Source of the DNA: Salpingoeca rosetta
Lineage: Eukaryota; Protista; Choanoflagellata
NCBI GenBank assembly: GCA_033442325.1
Contig: JAWQFM010000002.1
Coordinates: 913,939 to 977,938 of the forward strand
DNA: 64,000 nt
Direction of reading: 5' to 3'
Shown: positions 27,936 through 44,084 of the stretch, piece after piece
Numbering within the stretch: the first letter of the stretch is position 1
How the letters are laid out: each line of letters begins with the position of its first letter
The notes under the pieces: model-generated
Databases searched by the model: none
Seen by the model: only the letters and a program-made list of their open reading frames with translations
Told to the model about the DNA's origin: nothing
Made by a program: the position numbers and the translations under genes

Positions 27936-29544
27936 TTAGTAGCGGTAGTGCTCGGGCTTGAAGGGGCCCTCAGAGGGGATGCCGAGGTACTCAGACTGGT
28001 CCGCGGAGAGCTTGGTGAGCTTGACGCCAAGCTTGTCGAGGTGGGAGGCGGCGACCTCCTCGTCGAGCTTCTTGGGGAGCACGTGCACGTTGAGGGGGTA
28101 CTTGTTGGTGTTGGTCCAGAGCTCAATCTGGGCGAGGACCTGGTTGGTGAAGGAGTTGGACATGACAAAGCTGGGGTGGCCCGTGGCGCAGCCAAGGTTG
28201 ACGAGGCGGCCCTCGGCGAGGAGGATGATGTGGCGGCCGCTGGCCATCTCGTAGCGGTCGACCTGGGGCTTGATGTTCATGACAGACTTGGCGTTGGCCT
28301 TGACCCACGCAACGTCAATCTCGCAGTCAAAGTGGCCAATGTTGCAGACAATGGCGTCGTCCTTCATCTGCTCAAAGTGCTCGGGGCGGAGGATGCCCTT
28401 GCAGCCCGTGGCGGTGACGAAGATCATGGCCTCCTTGCACGCCTCCTCCATGGTGGTAACCTCGTAGCCCTCCATGGCAGCCTGCAGTGCGTTGATGGGG
28501 TCAATCTCTGTGATGAGGACGCGGGCACCCATGCCGCGGAGGGACTGGGCGCAGCCCTTGCCGACATCGCCGTAGCCGGCGACAACGGCGGTCTTGCCGG
28601 CAATCATGACGTCCGTGGCGCGCTTGAGGCCGTCGAGGAGCGACTCGCGGCAGCCGTACAGGTTGTCAAACTTGCTCTTGGTGACAGAGTCGTTGACGTT
28701 GATGGCGGGGACCTTGAGGACGCCCTTCTCCATCATCTTGTAGAGGTTGTGCACGCCGGTGGTGGTCTCCTCGGAGACGCCCTTGATGCCGTCGAGGTAC
28801 TGGGGGAACTTCTCGTGGACGAGGTTGGTGAGGTCACCACCGTCGTCCAGGATCATGTTGAGTGGCTGGCCGTCGGGGAAGACGAGCGTCTGCTCGATGC
28901 ACCAGAGGTACTCCTCGTCGGTCTCGCCCTTCCAGGCGTAGACGGGGACGCCCGTGGCGGCGATGGCGGCGGCGGCCTCGTCCTGGGTGGAGAAGATGTT
29001 GCAGGAGGACCACTGCACCTGGGCGCCGAGCGCGGTGAGCGTCTCAATGAGGACGGCCGTCTGGGTCGTCATGTGCAGGCAGCCAGCGATGCGGGCGCCC
29101 TTGAGGGGCTGGGAGGGGCCGTACTTGGCGCGAAGGTTCATCAGGCCAGGCATCTCGTTCTCAGAGAGCATGATGTCCTTGCGGCCGAGCTCGGCGAGCT
29201 CAATGTTGGCTGATCAGAGAGATGGGGTTGTTGTTGTTGTTGGCAGGGGGGTGTTTCATCGAGTGGGTAAGTGAGTGAGAGGGTGAGTCGAAGGTTGAAG
29301 GCATTGAAGACAATTGAAGACATTGGAGAGAACCCGCCAGCAAACAAGCACACAACAAAAGAGATTGGTGGCAGTGAACGACACACTGATGCACGTGACA
29401 AAGAGTTGATTTTGATTTCATGACCACTGCGCGTGCACGCAAAGTTCTCGCCGCGATCTCAACACGGCGAGCTAGAGGAGGGCACGGTGGCAGGGCGGGT
29501 TGCCTTTGTCACTCACCAACTTTGTACGCGGGCTTGGCAGACAT
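27936..29544 (-). CDS. AHCY: Adenosylhomocysteinase (SAH hydrolase); exons 29544-29517, 29209-27936
   Basis: MSAKPAYKV|[11 protein letters not shown]..., [75 protein letters not shown]. Confidence 0.99.
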
Positions 29545-29848
29545 GTCGGCGGTGTTGGGTGGAGGTGAGCTGGAAAGGTGTCGACAAGCGTGGATTCAGA
29601 AAGGGTGGTGGATTTGGGCTGCGGAGAAATGGCGCTGCTGTAAGCACGTGTGGCTGGCTTGTGGTGCGGGAGTTGTGAAAGCAAGCGGAAGAAGAGAAAT
29701 GGTTGGAGATATAGCGATGTTTCTGGTAAACGAAGATTGCAAGAAGCATGAGCAACAATTTGGCAAGGGCAAGTTTGCCTTCTTTGCGAAGACAAACTTG
29801 CCATTGCCAAATCGCAGAAACCGTCGAGGAGGCGGAAGTTGGAACGAG

Positions 29849-30904
29849 ATGGCGGTGGGTTGTGTTGTGTTGTGTATGCTTGTGTGCTTGGGCTGTGTTG
29901 TGTTGTGTACGCTTGTGTGCGTGTGCTTGTGTTTGTTGTGTATGCTTGTGTGGTGTACGCTTGTGTTGTGTTGTGTGGTGTTGTGTTGTGTGTACACCAC
30001 CTGCACCCTTTGCACCACCTGCACCCTTTGCACCACCTGCACCCTTTGCACCACCTGCACCTTGTGTACGTAGCTGGCCTTTGCTGACGCATCTGTTTTC
30101 GTCGTTGCAGGACGATCGCTTGGCGTGGTTTCGCAAGAAACGGCGATTGGTGGACTTGGTGGACAAGGCGTGGGAGAAGGACACCCTGCCGTATGCAAGT
30201 GCGTGCGTGTGTGTGTGTGTCGTTATGTGTGGTTGTGTTGTGTGTGATGTGAGCATATGTGTTTGTGTTGTGTTGTGTATTCTGTGTCACATCACGGCTG
30301 ATGCTGGGGTTGAATAGAGTGGTCGTGTGCATTGTACGATGATCAGTGTGCGGTTGCCCAGCCCAGAGCAGTTGCACCATCACTCATGCAGCTGCACCGG
30401 TGACCCATCTCTCCCCCCCCCCCGCATTGCATTTACAGGGGTCGACGTGCCCAAGGAGCTGGAGGAGCAGCCCAACGAAACATACGGTGGGCCCATCAAC
30501 CAGTGTGTGTGTGTGTGTGTTGCTTGAGCTGCGCTATTTGCGGGGCTGTTGGCACGGCCTGCGAGCGAGCCCACAACGCACACCTACACACACACGCGCG
30601 CACTCTCTCACGCACACACACGCACACGCACACACGCATGTACGTACATACATACACACGCACACACGCACACGCACACACACGCACGCGTCCTGCGCTG
30701 GACACACACACACACACTCTCTCTCTCTCTCACCCTCGCACACACGCACGTCCTGCGCTGGACACAGCTCGGTTCTTGAGGGACACACCTGACGAGGCAC
30801 CACCAAACCCAGACCAGTGGAACGAGCCTGGCGTTCATGGCCACCTGCCGGAGATGACAAAGGCTGCAGAGCAATCCCAGTCACAGTCGGCCGATCCAAG
30901 ATAA
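29849..30904 (+). CDS. ANAPC13: Anaphase-promoting complex subunit 13 (Apc13/Swm1)-like; exons 29849-29854, 30111-30198, 30439-~30504, 30768-30904
   Basis: MA|[29 protein letters not shown]|[18 protein letters not shown]...PDQWNEPGV resembles APC13 (LDLIDDAWREDKLPYEDVAIP...KWTDL). The exon-3 donor is ambiguous. Confidence 0.78.
29995..30064 (+). repeat. 18-bp minisatellite, about 4 copies, intronic
   Basis: caccacctgcaccctttg is repeated in ANAPC13 intron 1. Confidence 0.9.
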
Positions 30905-31249
30905 TCCACCTCCGATACAGGCCGCGGCCGGCTTTCCTGTCCCTGCTTTTCTGTTTGGGTGTATCGGCTGCTCGCCATCGTGCTGCTGGCTCCACATATG
31001 CACTGGTGCACCGATTGCGCTGTCTACCTGGTGGCTTCACAAGGTTGGCCACTGTGCTGGTGTGCTGGTGCACTGTGATATGGTGCGGTGCGATGTGGTG
31101 TGATGGCATACTCGACCCCTGCCTGCGCTTTGTTGCTTTTGTTTAATAAACGCCTTTAACTCTTAGTTTGCTTTGTGGTCGCTTATCTCCCCCGGTCACA
31201 CGCGCAACTTTACCCTCTGCACTTTGACACGCACGCACACACACACACA

Positions 31250-31390
31250 CACATACATACATACATACATACATACATACATACATACATACATACATAC
31301 ATACATACATACATACATACATACATACATACATACATACATACATACGTACGTACATACACACATACATACATACATACACATACACAC
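31250..31390. repeat. (CATA)n microsatellite
   Basis: Directly visible tetranucleotide run 3' of the sulfotransferase. Confidence 0.9.
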
Positions 31391-31454
31391 ACTGACCAGA
31401 CCAGTTTTGTGCATGATGCATGTCTTCACTACCCCTCACCACCTCTGCCTCTGC

Positions 31455-32759
31455 CTAACGCCGATCGTGGAGGACGGCGTCTGCGTTCTCAGGGCACACG
31501 AGGCCATACTTGACCAGGTTGCGCGTGAAGATGCGCCTTGCCTCCGTGTACAGCAACCAGTCGAGTGGATCGTCCGCGATGGTGAACATGGGTTCTTCTT
31601 CAGCGGCGTCCTCGCTGTCATCGTCATCCTCTTCACCGCCGTTGGGCGTCATGGTGTCGTTGGCGCGGCGTCTTTGCCGGTTGCCAAGGTTGCCTGTCGT
31701 TTCGCGGACGTTGTGGAATGCGTGTTCGACCAGCCGCCCACCGAACATGCGATGGAAGAGACACACGCTCTCTGTCCAGCTGTCCGTGATGCCCACAAAC
31801 ACAAAGTGCGTACGCAGTCGGTGTAGGGCCAGCTTCACGTGCATGTGCGTCACCTCCACGTCCTCCCCGCACTTGTAGCCAGCCATCATCTTCACCTGGC
31901 AGTGCTTGACGCCCGGGAAGTTCACAAAGTCGCGCGGCGTCTTCACGGTGCGTAGCATGTCCAGTCGCCGTTGAGCGCGGACGCCGACCGCGTGCAACCC
32001 GTTCATGTACGCGCTGCGCAGGCGTTCGCGCGGGTCCCGGAACATTGCCACATACACAGAGGTGGTGCGGGACATGTCCCCTTGGGGCAGCGAGCGGTGG
32101 CCCACGCGAGGCCTGCGAAAGAGCCTCAAATCACAGCTCACATCTTCCCTTCTCTTCAGCTCCTCTTCGAACTGCGGCAGCGCGAAGCCCTGGTTCTCGT
32201 GCCTCGCAGGCGTGGGCAGCATCTCTGCGCGGTTGTTTCGTGCATGGGGGGGTGGGGGTGTTTGAGCATGTTGTGAGAACAATCGCCGTTTGCGGCAGCA
32301 GCTTGGAGGAGGGACTGGGAGGGGGGGGGCAAGATCGGCGGGTGGACAGATAGACGGGTAGGTGGTTGAGCTGGTACGCGGGCTGGCAGGGGCAGAGTAG
32401 AACACAGCAGATTGGCCGACAAACAACCAGACATTCATTCAAGCACACACGCACACATGAATGAAAGCACCTGGCGTCAGCCCCGAGCAAACATAGTCGT
32501 AGAGGACGAGGGCGAAGGATGTGCCCGTCTTCGGGAAGTGCAGCCAGCGAAATCGCTGCGTGATCGGCTTTGGCTGCTCAATAGTGGCCGGGTTGAAGCA
32601 CTGAACACGCGAGCATCGCCCTGATTGTGGTTCGCCCACTCCATCGCCACCCGGCAACAGCGCCGCGGAGGTCAGCACCGTTGCCACACACAGCAGCATC
32701 AGACCAACGGCCACCCATTGCGTGGGGTCGAAAGCTTGTACGCCTCGTCGTCGTCTCAT
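31455..32759 (-). CDS. Type II membrane (Golgi) sulfotransferase, HS6ST/Sulfotransfer_2-like; exons 32759-32471, 32224-31455
   Basis: Basic N-terminus plus one TM, 5'-PSB motif WLHFPKTGTS, 3'-PB motif AMFRDPRERLRSAY, FVGITDSWTESVCLF and LDWLLYTEARRIF. An alternative start exists at 32792. Confidence 0.85.
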
Positions 32760-33110
32760 GGCCACAGCACAAGCAAGCAAAAAGGCGCCCATAAACGCAA
32801 AGAAGGGGCTGTACTGGCAGGGACTTCATGATGATTTTGAATGAGTGCTGTGGTAAGTTCGCTGTCGCTGACACTAGCATGCGCGTCGCTGCTTGACCTG
32901 CACGGTTGCTTTGATAAACACACCGACTGTGTGTGTGTGTGTATGTCTGTGTGACTCTGTGTGGCTCTTCCTACGACCGTCACTCCTTCCTCCCACCTCC
33001 GTACACACACCCTCCTTTATGCTTGACCTCTTTACTTCCTTGTCTGAGTTGAATGGCACAGTAGGACACGCATGCACGAAACACACATGCGCACGCACGG
33101 CAGGGCGCGG

Positions 33111-33287
33111 CTATGCGTCCTGCAGCTGCATCCCGATGACATTGTGCCGTTGCCTAGCTACTGTCAAGAACTGCAATGGCAAAGCGACGAGGGCAAGGCA
33201 AGGGGCAGAACAGCACCATGAGAGAGATGCGTGCGCGCACACAGACACACAGACACACAGACACAGACACACAGACACAGACACACA

Positions 33288-33327
<40 letters not shown>

Positions 33328-33597
33328 GCGCACAAAACACCAAGCGCAGAAGCACAAGGACGAGCAAGAAATGGTACAAACCTGGTGTATCTGCGCTGCA
33401 TAGCGGCGCAGCAGAACGCCCAACACAACCCACACCGCGGTCACGGCCTGCAGCCACCGATACAAAATCGCACACTGCAGAACACAAAGGCAGGCGCACA
33501 CGATGAGTCTGGTGGTCGGAGCAGGGCAGCCATGCACCAAGGCAATCCAATCACAGCAACACAGACACATGGACAGGCAGGCAGACGTGCAAGGGGT

Positions 33598-33636
<39 letters not shown>

Positions 33637-33899
33637 CACGTGGCCGGGGACGCCAAAGAGAGGAACGACACCAAAGGCCAATGCGTGCACGGCTAGCTGG
33701 ACAGCCGCCAGGTACAAAAGGAATGGGAGCCCATCTGCGAAATGCACAAGCAACATGCGACCAATAACGACGATGACGACGGTGTGTGTATATGTGGGTN
33801 NNNNNNNNNNNNNNNNNNNNNNNNNNNNNNNNNNNNNNNNNNNNNNNNNNNNNNNNNNNNNNNNNNNNNNNNNNNNNNNNNNNNNNNNNNNNNNNNNNN

Positions 33900-33973
<74 letters not shown>

Positions 33974-35256
33974 GCACTCACACTTGAGGGTTGCCCGGAA
34001 TCGCGTGCGCGTGCGCCCGTGCGCGAATATGTGATTCTGCTCGTCGGTCAAGTTGGCGCCAATGGTCAGCACGGGAATGACGGCGCACGTGATGTACCCC
34101 TCAGCCCAGTACAGTGGCATCCCTGCAACCACAATCATACAAAGATTCGCGTGAAGGCAAAGCACCAAATAACGTGTGCAAGGAGAAACAAAACGCAGAC
34201 GCGCGCGCGCACACGCACACACACACACACAGAAACAGGCAGACGCACACACAGTCGCAGATGCAGACACAGACACTGACACAAGTTACACAGAAGAACA
34301 CGAAGGTAGACTGGCAGCTCGCGTCTACGCCAGGGGGTTGGGACAGGCAGCACATGGAAACAAAACAGACGTACAGTGGAGCATCGAGACGCGCTCATTC
34401 TCGAGGAAGGCGCGAACGACGGGCTGGATAAGCAAGCAGCCGATAGTCACGGGAATTCCAACGTGGAGAACCAGAATGATGACGAGTTTCTGAAAAAAAA
34501 AAAGGGCAAGGGGGGGGGGATGCAGCATAACAACGCCAGCACCACAGTCAGCAACACGACAGTCAGTCAGCAAGGGGTGCGCTCATACGCAGCACGGGGG
34601 AAAGAAGAGAAAGGTATGTGCAACCAAGCAGAGGAAGCAGCAAGCTGACAACGCAAGCCCCGCAATAAGCAGGGAGGCACAAAGAGAAGGGGGGGGGGCG
34701 GGTGTTTGGGGAAGAGGATGCCACCAACCCTGTAAGTCCTGACGACCCGACGTTCGACCGTGGCGATAATACGACCAATGCTCTGCCGAAGCGTGCGCCG
34801 TGTCCTCCGACCGAAGGACAGCAGCATGCGCACAGCCATAAGACCGGCGTAGAAAGCCAGGCCATCGTGCAGCTGTGGCGTGGATGGAGCAAAAGGATCG
34901 TGTGAGAAAGCGTGGGGAGGTCGCGCTCATGGAAGCGCGCCCAAATATGGGCACACACCGCAATGCACACACACACACAACACATACATACACATACATA
35001 CGCAATACATACATACACACGCACATACACAACACACACACACACACACAACACGCGTGCGACATACGTGAACGACAGTGGCGCGGGCAAGGATTGATCT
35101 GCCAAGAGCAATTGGGCCGGAGATGCAGCAGAAGATGGCAACGCCAAGCGAGGTGAGGCCGGTCAGCGTGAAGAGGAGACCGCGCACCAGACCGTGGGTT
35201 GTGTACTTGAGCAGCTGCGAATTGTCAACGGGCGCCAGATCCTCACGTCGCGTCCC

Positions 35257-35336
<80 letters not shown>

Positions 35337-38300
35337 GCGTACACGAGAAGGGTGGAGGGGGGGGGGAGGAATGGGCAAAGTGCGAGCGTTCAACCAAATG
35401 CGATGTCCTTGAGCGCAAACCAGCACACTGGATAGTCACCCCCATGCATTCATGCAATCATGCATTCATGCACACACACACACACGCAGACACACACACA
35501 CACACACACACACAACACACACACACAGATACATGGGCACGAACCGGTGGAGGCAGCAGTGCGTCGCGCAGGCCAAAAAACGGACTGACAATCTCGACCC
35601 AGCGCACAAAGGCGGCGATGAGCGTGCGTGGCAAGTCCTCCGAGTCCTGATGGAACAAAAGCGCACCAGCAACCACAAGCGCACGTGTGCGGGGGCCACC
35701 AGTAGCCACAGTGCGGGGAATGAGGCGCGAGCCAAGCGCATGCGCAGCCGGGCAATTACACATCCAACTTCGAATCAACCCAACACCAGACACATCCAAA
35801 CGCACTTGCACAGCGACTGCAGAGGCGCAAAGAGGGAGCAGGAACGCACCCCCTTCTCCCTTCACACGCCCACGCCCCCCCACACCCATCTACACCCATC
35901 CATACCCACGCACACACACACACACACACACATACGCACACACACGATCTGAACGCACGAGGAGCTTTGGAAGGATCCACATGAAGGCGATGAACTCGGC
36001 CGGGTGGCGCACAAGGAGGTGCAGCGGTGCAATGGACGGCGTGGCCGCGGTCAGCAGACACGTGGGCAGCCACACCGCAAACACAGCGGTGAGCACGTAC
36101 ATCCCCGCTACAACAACTACGCGGAGAAGGCTCTTCCATATGGAGTTGTTGCTGAGCGGAATGAACGGGTGGAAGCCGGGTTCTGTTGGATCGCGGAAGA
36201 ACTGCACGGAGAGATAGGAAGGCGAGGGCAGGGGGACGGCGTGAGAGAGGATGGCGGCACGACCAGAGAGACGGCAACAGATGCAGACAGCCAGAGATAG
36301 AACCAGACACAACAGGAAACACACACACACACACACACACGCACACACACACAGGTACATGGACAGACAGACAGGTACACACACACACGCACACACACAA
36401 ACACACACACACACGCACGCACGATGCACGTACATAGACAGGTGCATACACAGACACACAAAACGACACACAAACCGAGACACGCCGGCACTGACCCAGA
36501 GGACGCCAGGGTTGAGGACGTCGCGCATGGCGAGAACACAGAGGGAGAAGATCTGCATGAAGAGAATGCCAACAACAGCCAGCGCCAACAGGAACGTGCT
36601 GGTGTGCGTGCAGGGTGTGGTGTGCGGGCCGTGTGGTAACGGTCGGAGTGGAGAGGAGATTGTGAGGAGTTACATGTTGCACGCGCGGACAGCGCACGCG
36701 CGTGTAAGGGCGACAAAGTCAATCGTGGGCAGAGAATGGCCTCAGGATGAGGTGTGGACACGAAGCGACAACACAGTGTCCCTGGTACCAATGCTACTAC
36801 CAAGGCCACAGGCGTTTGTTGCTCGCTTACAAGGTGGATGATCGAAGATAACCAAGGTGGTCCTGCAGCGTCGAGCCTTGAAGAGGAAGCGAGGCAATGT
36901 CGATAACGCCGCCAACGACCGCTGGCAGCACGCCCAGCTCAAGGCACATGCACGTGTACACCTGCAGCAGCACACCATGATCGGATGAGGGGGGCGCACA
37001 AACCAGTTATGGCAGGCGAGTGTGGAAAACACGTACATGCAGGCACGAAAAGGGAACAAGAGACATTCACACACCCTCACCCACACCCACATATACACCC
37101 ACAAAATCATGGGCACAGGCTCGCTCACATACCTATCCACATACACCCACACGCACACGCACCCCAACCCCCCACGCACACATGCGTATGCTGCACCTTG
37201 ATGTACTTGAGGAGAAAACCTCCGACGCGGTGCGTCATAACAATGGCGGAGGGCGAGGCCTGCGCGAGAAGCACGCCGGCCGCAGACGCGACAATCACGT
37301 ACCCAACGGCAAGGGCAGCGAGCGGGCTGGGGGTGGTGCTTGGCAGGGACCACAGCACGGTTGCGCCCACAGAGAGGGGCACAAAGCCCAAGATGAAGAG
37401 GAGCATGTTCAGGGCGAAGACGATCCAGAGGAAGGAGTCGAAGAGGCGGCGGATGGGGCCGTGGAAGCCAAGCTGCTCCAGCAACACCAGGTCCTCGTCA
37501 AGGTCAAACTCGTTTTCGTCCCAGTCGTCAAGTGCGGGGGCACCTGCTTGGTCTGGCGCAAGCAGTTCATCAACGTCCAACCCGTCCGCGTCAGCAGCAC
37601 GTTCCTCCTCCTCCTCCTCCTCCTCCTCCTCCTCCTCCTCCTCCTCCTCCTCCTCCTCAACAGCGTGCCCGTGATCACCATCGACAGCAACACCTTCCTC
37701 GTCTTCCTCTTCATCGCCCTCATCACCATCCACCACAAGCACGTCATCATCATCATCGTCATCGTCATCATCATCGTCATCGTCATCATCATCATCGTCA
37801 TCGTCATCACGGGGCGTGCTGTATCCTGCTGGCATTGCTGCGCCTTCATGAGGCACGGGGTCGTCCATATGCTCCTCCCCGGCAGCTTCCCGCACATCAG
37901 CAGCTGCTGGTCCTCGCGCATGTGCAGCAGGTTCAGCGGTGGCGCCTGCGGCAGCAGTTGTGGCTGCACCCTCACCCCCATCTCCGCCATCGCCTTCCCC
38001 TTCGTACCCAGCTGGCTGGTGTTGCGGGGTGAGTTGGTCTGTCAGGCCAGCAAGCATGGCGGTGAGGAGCGGTGGGTTGCGATGAGGTGCAGGTAACGGA
38101 TGAATTGCAGCACAACACACAGCAAGACAAGGCACAAAGGCCAGAGAAGGCAAGAAAGATTGGACAACACACGTACAACCGGAGACAGACAGACAGACAG
38201 ACAGACAGACACACACACACACACAAACACACACACAAGCACAAGCACACAGACACACACACACAAACACACACACAAACACACACACAAGCACACGCAC

Positions 38301-40104
38301 ACAGACACACACGCACACACACAAGCACACAGACAAGCACACAGACACACGCACACATCCACACACACCCACACCCACCCACACACACGCACACACGCAC
38401 ACACGCACACGCACTTTGGAGGAGCTCGAGGAGGTCGTCGCGGGACTCGACGCCGTATTCATCCACCAGCTCGGGCCACTCGTGCCGTCCACCTCCCTCT
38501 TCTTCTTCTTCCTCGTCCTCGTCTTCGTCTCTCTGGTTGACTTCGGGGGGTGGGTTGAAGTGTGCTTGCACTTCCAAAGGGGTTGGCTGCAGAGGGAGGC
38601 ACGCCAGGCACAAGCAGGTTGAGACACATGCGCGGAAGCACGTGGAAGAGTTAGTTCGCAGGCACACAAGCGCGTAAGTGATCGTGCAGGCAGGCGGACA
38701 AACAGACGCAGAGGCGTGCAAGCGCACAGACAGACAGACAGACCGGCAGACAGGCAGACAGACAGGCGAGTGTGTGGGTCCTCACGTATGCAAAAGGGTC
38801 TGGATCATTGAACTGCATGATGATAAAGTCGCGGTACATGAGAATGGAGAAGAGAACACCGACAATGGACAAGCAGATGACCGCGCCCATGAACCAATCC
38901 ATTCCAAGTTGTCTGCAGCGCCAGGAACAGCGTGTGAGTGCGTGTCGATGATGTGTGAACATGTGTGTGTGTGCTTATTTATGCCTGAAGATGTGTCGGT
39001 GCGTGCACGCATGCAAAGAGGGTGTTGTGAGGGCGCAAATGTGCCGTGCGAGACTCGTTGGCTGCAATCGAAGACATCGATGGCAAGTGTGGATTGGGAC
39101 CGTGTCCCTCGCAAAGCCATGCCGACAGATGCAACCAGAGAGCTGTAACTCAGAGCAAGTAGCGCACGGGAATGACAGCACGCGAGCCTGAGCCAAAGTG
39201 GGGCCAGGACTGACCTGAGTGGCTCGTCTTCATCCCAAGGGAGGGACCACTCCTCAAAGTGGAAGCGGAAGCTCCACCGCGCCACAATGGGCAGCGCCCA
39301 GATCCAGACCATGGTGACGAGCATGCGCCGCCCCCACGTCTGCACAGCGGGGCGCGCCTGCTCAACCAAGCCTAGCAATACATCTGCCAACGGTGTTCCT
39401 TGCTGTGATCCATCCCGGAGGATCGGCGTGAACATAAACGTGTGGCCACACAGCTCACATGCCCTGTGCAGCAATAGGATCAGCAACAGCAGCAACAGCG
39501 TGCACAGCGAAAGGCAAGCATAGCAAGGACAAGCAGCATGACACAAAACGTGAGCTCAAGGAGAGGGAGGGGTAACTATTGAAGCATCGTGACCAGCAGA
39601 ACACACACAGACACACAGACACAGACACAGACACACACACACACCTAGTTCCGCTTTGCTCGAGCCAAGCCTTTAAGCTGAAGATAGTGGTGACAATGGA
39701 CATAGGGATAGGGTTGTTGTTCGAGTGTGAGCGGAAAGCTGAGCGGTCATGAGTGACATGTGTGCGTGAGTTTAGCGGGCGCGTGTGCGAGTTTACATGC
39801 ATGCGGGAGGTGCGTGTTACCAGTCCTGATGAACGTATTTGATGCTGCCCGCACACTTGCATGGGTGGTACAGCGGCCGGTCTGGCTCCGCCGTGTCCCT
39901 ACAGATGCGACACACTTGATAGCGGACAAAGAACAATAAGAGCAGAGAGAGAGAGTGTGTGTGTGTGTGCGTGTGCGCGCGCGCGTGAGCAAACGAGTAC
40001 AAGCAAGCACACAAGCAAGCAAGCAAGCAGGCAAGCAAGCATGCCATCCACACGCACGCATGCACACGTTCACAACACACACCTGCATCTGCACCCTCCA
40101 TCAT
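33111..40104 (-). CDS. MARCH6: ERAD E3 ubiquitin ligase MARCH6/TEB4/Doa10 (RING-CH plus many TMs); many exons
   Basis: [32 protein letters not shown]|LKAWL...[34 protein letters not shown]|[11 protein letters not shown], and C-terminal [11 protein letters not shown]. Internal exon boundaries were not all resolved; the gene contains an assembly gap. Confidence 0.92.
33800..33899. other. Assembly gap (100 N)
   Basis: Run of n flanked by microsatellite, within MARCH6. Confidence 1.
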
Positions 40105-40243
40105 CACCAGCACAGTCAGCAGCGGCGAAAATCACACACACAACAACAAGAAGAAGAAGCAAGCAAGCAAGAAGCCAACAACCGCAGCAACGGTTATCGA
40201 AGTGAGGTGCACCCCAGTGTTGTTTTGATGTTGGGCGGCAGGG

Positions 40244-43035
<2,792 letters not shown>

Positions 43036-43412
43036 CTCTGTGTGTGAGTATGTGTGCATGCGTGTGTGCGTGTGTGTGTGAGTACATTTACTTTGCGTTT
43101 GTTGTGTGTGCGTGTGTGTCACTATTTGACCCTTCTTTGACTTGTTGGTGGTGTAATCGATGTAGTCGCTGCTTGCATAGGAAAATTGCTTGAATGCTGT
43201 TCTGTCTGATAGATGCTGGTTGAGCTTTTACTTGTCATTGAGTCTTTCCACAATTGTCACTGAGTCTTTCCACAAGCCGCACCCACCATGTGAGCGTGCT
43301 TGCTTGCTCTCTTGTTCGCAATCGCACAGCAATCAGTTACAATACCGCATCACAACCCCTGAACAGAAATCAACACGTGCCTTTCTTTTCCAACAAGTCA
43401 CACCACGCCAAG

Positions 43413-43858
43413 TCACGCGGGAAGAGAGAAGGCATCGATGGTTTCACATGTGAGCTGCAGCATGTCCATGAACCATGCTGAGGCCACGCGTAGCGTTCGC
43501 AGTTCCGTTGCTTCAAAGGTTCTGGAGAACATAAAAATATGGAGAAGCGATCATGAGAAAAGGGCGGAAGCATGGGCGTGCATACAAACACACACGTATG
43601 CATGTACACTTGCTTGCGGGCACATACACGCAGAGAGACACACACAGAGAGACACACACACATGCACACGTGGTTCAGAGAGCCGCAAGCACACACTCTC
43701 TTGCATGCAACTTACACGAGGAGTGTGTTGTCTTGGACGTCCATGGTTCGCCTGCAGATATCTGGCTTGGGTTCCTTGTCCACAACAAGTGTGTTCAATG
43801 CAATGCTCGCATCTTGGGCACTTGCGAACGGCACACGCAGTCGTAGCCTGTAATCCAT
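43413..43858 (-). CDS. PCC1: KEOPS complex subunit Pcc1/LAGE3; exons 43858-43716, 43521-43413
   Basis: MDYRLRLRVPFASAQDASIALNTLVVDKEPK...L|VTFEATELRTLRVASAWFMDMLQLTCETIDAF fits the Pcc1 pattern (VPF, L.VD.E, LRV, F.D.L.L...T...F). Confidence 0.9.
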
Positions 43859-43895
43859 GTTATGTGTTTGCTCTGTGTGTGTGTGTGTGTGTTTG

Positions 43896-43990
<95 letters not shown>

Positions 43991-44084
43991 GTGTGTGTGT
44001 GTGGCAGTGGCAGAGGTGAAGTTTGGAGCATTTGTGAATATCATTTGCTGAATTTCTGCGACACAAGGACGACAAGCAACGAAG

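Noticed and set aside
27882-29213. 443-aa plus-strand ORF
   Set aside because: Antisense shadow of the strongly codon-biased AHCY exon.
29995-30064. CRISPR-like or coding interpretation of the 18-bp repeats (also the 14-bp repeats at 63260-63300)
   Set aside because: The copies are head to tail with no spacers, and both arrays are intronic in a eukaryotic context.
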